A stretch of DNA of 21,588 nucleotides. It comes from a virus. The position numbers and the translations under genes were made by a program. The stretch lies in IMG/VR virus record IMGVR_UViG_3300033545_000002, positions 64,464-86,051 of that record, one strand, 5' to 3'. Positions 16,416 to 21,588 of this stretch are shown here, piece after piece. The first letter of the stretch is position 1. Each line of letters begins with the position of its first letter. A model generated the notes under the pieces. It was not told the DNA's origin and searched no databases. It saw nothing but the letters and a program-made list of their open reading frames with translations.

Positions 16416-16658
16416 ATGACAAACAAAGAATTTCAAGAATTATTACAGAAGCATCCGGATGATATGCCAATCCGCATTTTGATATATCCGGAAGCGAAAT
16501 CAAAGCCTGAAGATTTTGATATCGACAATATTATACTAACATCCGACACAGCATTTGTGGATGAGGAAGCATCATATGATACTTGGGATACTGAAGACGG
16601 CAAGATTGAACTTGGGGATGGCCCACAATATTTACTTATCAACCCGATAATTCTCTGA
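16416..16658 (+). CDS. Acidic hypothetical phage protein
   Basis: MTNKEFQELLQKHPDDMPI N-terminus common in small phage proteins. Confidence 0.8.
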   Translation: MTNKEFQELLQKHPDDMPIRILIYPEAKSKPEDFDIDNIILTSDTAFVDEEASYDTWDTEDGKIELGDGPQYLLINPIIL

Positions 16659-16684
16659 CTTAATCCCTCCCTCTATGTCAAGCA

Positions 16685-17389
16685 GGAATCTATTTTGTAA
16701 ACGTAAAAAGTAAAGAGAATGAGCAAGGATAAGTCGGAAGTCAGAACGGATGGCAGAGCAGTATTTTATACTGTTCTGTACAAGAGTTTTCGTGAGGCGG
16801 CATTGGAATGCGGGTATGCGCTTGCCGTTCATGGTAGTATGATCAGCGACATGGATTTGATTGCCGTTCCGTGGGTGAATGATGCAAAGACGCCGGATGA
16901 GCTTGCGAAGGCAATTTCAGATTGCATTGACGCTACGGTCTGGAAAGATCATCACTTGATGGATCGGCACGAAAAACCGCATGGACGCGTCACCTACACG
17001 ATCAGCATCTATTCTGATTGGCACATTGACCTGAGCGTTATTCCATTGGGCAAACCTTCCGGGTTTCAAATGCGCATTGTTGACGAGACCGCTCAGGACA
17101 TGGCAACGGCTATAGGCATTTCAGAAAGTCGCCGCGTTTACCTGTCTCAACAAATGGATGATATTTCGAGAGGAAATAGTAATCAAGCCGTTCGATCCTG
17201 CAATTTATTCAATGATATCCTATTTGCTTGTCAGAGTATTGAAGAAGTGGTTTATTGTGTCCACGTTCACACATCCTGGCTCTTACAGCGCGGAATAATG
17301 CCATTTGTAAACTAATTCCATCACCCCATAAAGTATAAACGCCTTTCATGGAATCTATTTTGTAAACGTAAATAAAGTAAAGAGAATGA
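16685..17389 (+). repeat. Direct repeat B, 38-40 bp (16685-16722 and 17350-17389)
   Basis: ggaatctattttgtaaacgtaaa(ta)aagtaaagagaATGa; identical except a 2-nt indel; each copy ends in a start codon. Confidence 0.93.
16719..17315 (+). CDS. Putative pol-beta-superfamily nucleotidyltransferase-like protein with extra C-terminal domain
   Basis: GYALAVHGS...DMDLIAVPW (GS + DxD) and a later IDLS aspartate. Confidence 0.65.
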   Translation: MSKDKSEVRTDGRAVFYTVLYKSFREAALECGYALAVHGSMISDMDLIAVPWVNDAKTPDELAKAISDCIDATVWKDHHLMDRHEKPHGRVTYTISIYSDWHIDLSVIPLGKPSGFQMRIVDETAQDMATAIGISESRRVYLSQQMDDISRGNSNQAVRSCNLFNDILFACQSIEEVVYCVHVHTSWLLQRGIMPFVN

Positions 17390-17792
17390 AAGTAGATGGA
17401 ATTCCGTTTTTGGTTCACGACAAATGGGATGCAGAATTGGCCGGATACGAATATTATGAAATGCGAGATAAATGCCTATTTGCTATCCTTTGGTCTGAAA
17501 GGCCGGAAGGCGGTTACAATATGTCTGATTTCTATCCGTTCGTAGCGATGAAAAAAGTCATCAATCAGGGAATTGAGGCTTATGAAGGCATTTCATTGTG
17601 CGACGCAATGGATGTTTATAAAGACCCGGACGGCAAAGAAAGCCGGGTTCGAAAAGTGGGTGTCCATGGCCGCACATATCTCCCGGTTATTTGCATGGAT
17701 CAGACGGATCGAATGACAGTTGTTTCCAACCCGGACGAAATTTTACAACCTTTTTTAAACCGGTGGAATTCCCTCACCACATAAAGTATAAA
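17314..17792 (+). repeat. Direct repeat C, 26 bp (17314-17339 and 17767-17792)
   Basis: aattcc(a/c)tcacc(c/a)cataaagtataaa; 2 mismatches; both copies at gene 3' ends. Confidence 0.88.
17386..17784 (+). CDS. Hypothetical phage protein
   Basis: 132 aa, starts in repeat B and ends in repeat C. Confidence 0.75.
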   Translation: MKVDGIPFLVHDKWDAELAGYEYYEMRDKCLFAILWSERPEGGYNMSDFYPFVAMKKVINQGIEAYEGISLCDAMDVYKDPDGKESRVRKVGVHGRTYLPVICMDQTDRMTVVSNPDEILQPFLNRWNSLTT

Positions 17793-17794
17793 GT

Positions 17795-18076
17795 ATGAGC
17801 ACAGGTAAGCGAATTCCGATCAGTTCTGCACAAAATATCGGAAAAAGTTTTGGGTACACGCAGGTTATTATAACTGCTTTTGATAAAGAGACGGGGATAA
17901 CCAACGTTACAACTTGGGGTAAGTCTCAGTCAGATTGTGAACAAGCGGCTGTAGGTGGAAACTTTGTGAAGAAAGCACTCGGCTGGCCTCCCGAAAAGTG
18001 TAAGGATAAGCCAGCGCGGCAGATCAGAAAGGAAAAGAAATCTATCACCCATCAAATAACAGATCATGGAGAATAA
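17795..18076 (+). CDS. Hypothetical phage protein
   Basis: 93 aa, IPISSA...VTTWG...ALGWP. Confidence 0.8.
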   Translation: MSTGKRIPISSAQNIGKSFGYTQVIITAFDKETGITNVTTWGKSQSDCEQAAVGGNFVKKALGWPPEKCKDKPARQIRKEKKSITHQITDHGE

Positions 18077-18248
18077 AGATCGACAAGGTTTATGTCCTTC
18101 GATAGCCGATTGTGGACAAAGCGGTTGTCAAGGATTTTGTATTCCAAAAACTCCACCGTCTCCGGCCATAGAACCCATTGAACGCCCACCCAGCGTGTAC
18201 TCCAACTCTACCCATGAAGAGATGATTGATAAAATATTAAGCATATGA
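18066..18248 (+). CDS. Small Cys/Pro-rich hypothetical protein
   Basis: 60 aa, overlaps both neighbours. Confidence 0.5.
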   Translation: MENKDRQGLCPSIADCGQSGCQGFCIPKTPPSPAIEPIERPPSVYSNSTHEEMIDKILSI

Positions 18249-18499
18249 AACACGATATCCTGGCATCCTTTAATAAGCTAATTTCACATTCGTTCGTTCG
18301 TTACCGAGGATTTTTACTTGAAAGAAAGAACGGAGGCTTAACATACAATGGACAATATTTTGCTAATTTAGAGGAGCTAGACGCTTATATCGACCTACGA
18401 TTTCAACATCTTGAAGAATCTCTTAACCGAATAAAATCAAATACAAATGAGCAGCAAGAAAAAGACAACAACCCAGAGCGACAAGACACCCGCAGTTAA
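18245..18499 (+). CDS. Hypothetical phage protein
   Basis: 84 aa, ATGA overlap. Confidence 0.65.
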   Translation: MKHDILASFNKLISHSFVRYRGFLLERKNGGLTYNGQYFANLEELDAYIDLRFQHLEESLNRIKSNTNEQQEKDNNPERQDTRS

Positions 18500-18911
18500 A
18501 AAAGCTGACAGCCCTAAATCTAGTCAGCACTCTCAAACAATTACGTACGAGTATCGGCCAGCGGAAGTAATCGCTGAACTGAATTCAGAAAATGAATCTT
18601 TGCGTGAAAAACTCAGGCAGTTAAAGGACCCAAGGCCGAATCCTCAGCCAAATCTTGCTCAAAAAGAAAGGCAGTCTTACTTAAATGATATTGCCAGTGC
18701 GTACAATCACCAACTGAGCAGAATGTCGTTGAACGTAGAGGTCCTGATTGAAGTATCTAACCGAATCCAAATTAACAAGGAGGAGACGGCCCAATGCGGT
18801 CAGCCAGACCCAGCCGATCTTACCACACGACTTTCTAATTACAACAACTATTTCAGCTATCAGAACGACCGACTGGAAGCTGCTTTAACCAAACTCCAAA
18901 ACCTAGTATAA
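18447..18911 (+). CDS. Hypothetical coiled-coil protein
   Basis: 154 aa, basic disordered N-terminus followed by heptad helices. Confidence 0.75.
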   Translation: MSSKKKTTTQSDKTPAVKKADSPKSSQHSQTITYEYRPAEVIAELNSENESLREKLRQLKDPRPNPQPNLAQKERQSYLNDIASAYNHQLSRMSLNVEVLIEVSNRIQINKEETAQCGQPDPADLTTRLSNYNNYFSYQNDRLEAALTKLQNLV

Positions 18912-18977
18912 AACAGTTTATTAATCTACGAAAACGGCCTAAAATTTGCTACTTTCACACTCAAAATCCCCCTCAAA

Positions 18978-19493
18978 ATGTCTATTTTTGGTGAGAGCAA
19001 ACAAGAAAAAGAGGAGTTTCATATCATTGACCGCCTTCTAGGGATCATTGAAAACCTCACTTTCAGAAGGGAACGGATTCGATTAATCGTTTTTTTTCAC
19101 AACAAAAATACATGTATGTCGACAGTAAATTCAGTAACATTCACAGCACTCACCCCTGATCAGGGTGTCATCGCAGTAGTAGACACGGCAAATGGTAACG
19201 CAATTCTCACCGGCACTTTGGCAAATCTTTCGGCGGTCGAAAGTGATCCCACGCAAGATACGGCCAGCATCGACAGTACGGCCCCTAACACCCTTGACGT
19301 AACACCCATCACCAACACGGGAGCCACAATGGTCACGGTTAAGGGAGACTTTACCAGCACCGGGAACGCTGGCATCACCGATGGAACGGTTTTCCCCGGC
19401 ATCACCGTTCAGGTAGCCGTCACTAACAACATTCCGACCACGCCGCCTCCGCCACCCACTCCTGTTCCGGGATTACAGGTTACCTTCCCGTAA
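18978..19493 (+). CDS. Thr/Pro-rich all-beta (Ig-like) protein; alternative start at 19116
   Basis: Alternating V/T beta strands, poly-Pro tail; own upstream promoter-like motif and downstream terminator. Confidence 0.7.
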   Translation: MSIFGESKQEKEEFHIIDRLLGIIENLTFRRERIRLIVFFHNKNTCMSTVNSVTFTALTPDQGVIAVVDTANGNAILTGTLANLSAVESDPTQDTASIDSTAPNTLDVTPITNTGATMVTVKGDFTSTGNAGITDGTVFPGITVQVAVTNNIPTTPPPPPTPVPGLQVTFP

Positions 19494-19520
19494 TCGAATC
19501 CACAGCACGTTTAAACGCAA

Positions 19521-19547
19521 AAGAAGCCCCTTTACCGGGGCTTTCTT
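19521..19547 (+). terminator. Rho-independent terminator (possibly bidirectional)
   Basis: aagcccc-tttacc-ggggctt, A-rich before and T-rich after. Confidence 0.8.
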
Positions 19548-19585
19548 CATTGGCATGGGAATTGCATCGCACTAGAGTAAATCCC

Positions 19586-19765
19586 ATGACAATCCTAACT
19601 ATTGTAATTGTATTGGCGGTAGCGGCGGTTATCTGCTACTTATCGTGGAAATATTTGCCCGGAAATTGGAAGCTCGTCCCAATCGGCTTAATTATTTTAG
19701 CCCTTGTTGTCTGGTTCTTTTCCTTGACGGGGATCGCGGGAGGATTGAATACTAGGGTGAGGTAG
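19586..19765 (+). CDS. Small two-TM membrane protein (Thivi_2564-like)
   Basis: MTILTIVIVLAVAAVICYL...KYLP...IGLIILALVVWFFSLTG...RVR; two hydrophobic helices. Confidence 0.7.
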   Translation: MTILTIVIVLAVAAVICYLSWKYLPGNWKLVPIGLIILALVVWFFSLTGIAGGLNTRVR

Positions 19766-19768
19766 GGA

Positions 19769-20008
19769 CTAAAGCGTCATGGTGTAATTGGTAAGCACTC
19801 CGAATGGACAATTTTGCTGACCGCAGGGCTGCCTCATTTGTCCGCTCATTAGTTCTTTCCCGCATCCTCCACAAATAGCCTCTACGGTCGGCTGGAAGTA
19901 ACGACTAAGGTCTTGTTTTGACGTCTCAGGGAAATAAGGCTTCCTTTCAACCGGCTGAACAACCGGAACGCCCAACTCTTTAGCCCTTTCTTCAATTGAT
20001 TTTTCCAT
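19769..20008 (-). CDS. Hypothetical protein with zinc ribbon
   Basis: CGGCG...CGQQNCP; directly downstream of recA. Confidence 0.7.
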   Translation of the reverse strand: MEKSIEERAKELGVPVVQPVERKPYFPETSKQDLSRYFQPTVEAICGGCGKELMSGQMRQPCGQQNCPFGVLTNYTMTL

Positions 20009-20049
20009 AAAATTATATTTTTAGAGTTCTATACTAAGCTCTTCACCAG

Positions 20050-21303
20050 TTAAGCGGGTTGTTTTTGTTTCATTTTTCCGCGGATTTCAGCCTCAACGTC
20101 ACTAGCAAATTCAACGTTATTTTTAAGAAGGTCTTTGACGCTTTCCCGGCCTTGCCCCAATTTATCATCGCCACGGCTATACCAACTTCCTGCCTTTTTG
20201 ATAATGCCAAGATCAACCGCCGTATCGACAAGTTCGCCTGATTTTGAAATTCCTTCGCCATACATAATATCAAATTCGGCTTTTTTGTACGGCGGCGCTA
20301 CCTTGTTTTTGATAACTTTTACGGTTGTTCTGTTCCCCATAATTTCGTCGCCGTCTTTAATCTGTGCATTCCGACGAACGTCAAGCCGGATAGACGAATA
20401 GAATTGAAGAGCTAGGCCACCCGGGGTTGTTTCCGGCGATCCGTAAACGATACCTATTTTATTCCGCAATTGGTTGATGAAGATACAAAGCGTGTTGGTT
20501 TTTTTAATAATCCCCGCCAATTTTCGGCAAGCCTGTGACATTAAACGGGCGTGTGCCCCCATTTTTGAATCCCCCATTTCTCCCTCCAATTCGGCTTTCG
20601 GAACAAGAGCGGCCACGCTATCAATTACTACCACGCCATATTCACCACTTGAAATATGCCGATCTGCAATTTCTAAAGCTTGCTCCCCGTAATCCGGCTG
20701 CGAAACGGTCAATTCTTCTATTTTAACCCCCAAATTGCGGGCGTATTCCTGATCGAAAGCGTGTTCTGCGTCGATCATCAGGCACTTTAGACCCATTTTT
20801 TGAGCTTCGGCAATCGTATGGATAGCGATAGTTGTCTTACCAGAGCTTTCTGGGCCGTAAATTTCGACCATTCGGCCGCGCGGCAACCCACCAACTCCCA
20901 ACGCAATATCCAGCCCAAAAGACCCCGTAGAAATCGCCTCAATGCCGTGCATAGGGCCATCCCCCAAAAACATTACCGATCCTTCGCCGAAATCTGCATT
21001 ACACTTCGAAATGACTTCCCGAATCCGCTTCATACTTTCGTTGGACGGTTTTTCTTTTAACCCTTTTTCATCCACAACCAACTCTGTTTTTGGAGCAGGA
21101 GGGGGTAATGGTTCGGCAATCGGAGCGTCAAGAGTGGCTAAAAATGTCTCAATCTTTGGAATCCAACTTTCCGGCATGGATTTTCCGCCGCCGAGGACTG
21201 CACTAAGGGAATTTTTTGGCAAACCAATTGATTCTTCGAGTGTTGTCTTCTTTTCTCCGGCTTCGACTAACTGGTTTAGTCTTAAAATTAGTTCTTGCAT
21301 CAA
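20050..21303 (-). CDS. recA: RecA recombinase with N-terminal XRE-like HTH extension
   Basis: [74 protein letters not shown]; about 85 extra N-terminal residues. Confidence 0.96.
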   Translation of the reverse strand: MMQELILRLNQLVEAGEKKTTLEESIGLPKNSLSAVLGGGKSMPESWIPKIETFLATLDAPIAEPLPPPAPKTELVVDEKGLKEKPSNESMKRIREVISKCNADFGEGSVMFLGDGPMHGIEAISTGSFGLDIALGVGGLPRGRMVEIYGPESSGKTTIAIHTIAEAQKMGLKCLMIDAEHAFDQEYARNLGVKIEELTVSQPDYGEQALEIADRHISSGEYGVVVIDSVAALVPKAELEGEMGDSKMGAHARLMSQACRKLAGIIKKTNTLCIFINQLRNKIGIVYGSPETTPGGLALQFYSSIRLDVRRNAQIKDGDEIMGNRTTVKVIKNKVAPPYKKAEFDIMYGEGISKSGELVDTAVDLGIIKKAGSWYSRGDDKLGQGRESVKDLLKNNVEFASDVEAEIRGKMKQKQPA

Positions 21304-21494
21304 AAAGGTTATTTATTGGGTGAAAAAAGTTAGTGCAACTAACTAAAACTAATCGTCGCACTAAGGACAAAACTAACTGTTTGGATGAACAAAATTAGGA
21401 ATAAAAAACTAAATAAACTAATAAATGTATGAAATAATTAAACTATTTATCTTGTGGGTCCCCCCCCTCTCTCTAATTAAATAAAACCAAAGCC
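21304..21494. promoter_or_regulatory. Divergent control region with palindromic operator and AACTAA repeats
   Basis: agttagt-gca-actaact (21328-21344); minus-strand TAGTTTTG (21368-21375) and TAATTTTG (21390-21397) match the TAnnTTTG -7 box. Confidence 0.7.
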
Positions 21495-21588
21495 ATGAAC
21501 AACGAAATAAAGCGGATTGATATAAAGCAGGCTATAGATAATGAGATCCATCGCGGCGGACTGCCCCCTAAGATGCCGAAACATTTCG
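21495..21588 (+). CDS. Partial CDS, unknown function
   Basis: ATG after A-rich leader; open to the window end (MNNEIKRIDIKQ...). Confidence 0.55.
   Translation, partial: MNNEIKRIDIKQAIDNEIHRGGLPPKMPKHF

Noticed and set aside
16165-17792. Repeats as CRISPR array, integron attC sites or DGR TR/VR pair
   Set aside because: Only two copies each, hundreds of bp apart. No palindromic attC structure, no cas, integrase or reverse transcriptase gene, and mismatches are not adenine-specific.
507-21346. Numerous antisense or alternate-frame ORFs in the track (e.g. 4638-5081, 9954-10298, 12371-12748, 19160-19405, 20942-21346)
   Set aside because: They lie wholly or almost wholly over well-supported genes and have no recognisable motifs; shadow ORFs.
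21460-21473. C8 run plus (TC)n as a phase-variable tract
   Set aside because: Short, and no variation can be seen from a single sequence.
1-21588. Alternative genetic code (stop-codon reassignment as in some crAss-like phages)
   Set aside because: Long conserved genes are intact under the standard code, and TAA, TAG and TGA all occur at tight gene junctions.

Overview
Densely coding segment of a tailed phage or prophage, with no capsid, tail or integrase genes visible. A Bacteroidota host is inferred from TAnnTTTG-like promoter boxes, A-rich translation starts without Shine-Dalgarno motifs, and DUF4373- and DLPF-type proteins. The left arm (1-11710, minus strand) is a replication and nucleotide module: sliding-clamp-like protein, SLOG/DUF2493 protein, SNF2-helicase/DNA-methyltransferase fusion, HNH protein, DUF4373 initiator, T7 gp4/Twinkle-like primase-helicase, SSB-like protein, ThyX, DUF3310 and a GT2 glycosyltransferase. 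A divergent switch at about 11711-11778 drives a 51-aa ribbon-helix-helix gene absent from the ORF track. It is followed by a plus-strand array (NUMOD4-HNH, NinG, HNH-AP2 and about 17 small accessory genes). At the right end is a RecA gene. Three things stand out. (1) The RecA carries an N-terminal XRE-like HTH domain on a Pro-rich linker and sits next to a perfect 7-3-7 palindrome and AACTAA repeats, a candidate one-component DNA-damage switch. (2) Two intergenic leaders share one architecture (promoter, 7-8 aa uORF, upstream element complementary to a downstream hairpin) but differ in sequence. (3) A chain of 25-40 bp direct repeats individually flanks accessory genes or domains, like shufflable cassettes. 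All family calls come from motif recognition by eye; no database search was run.
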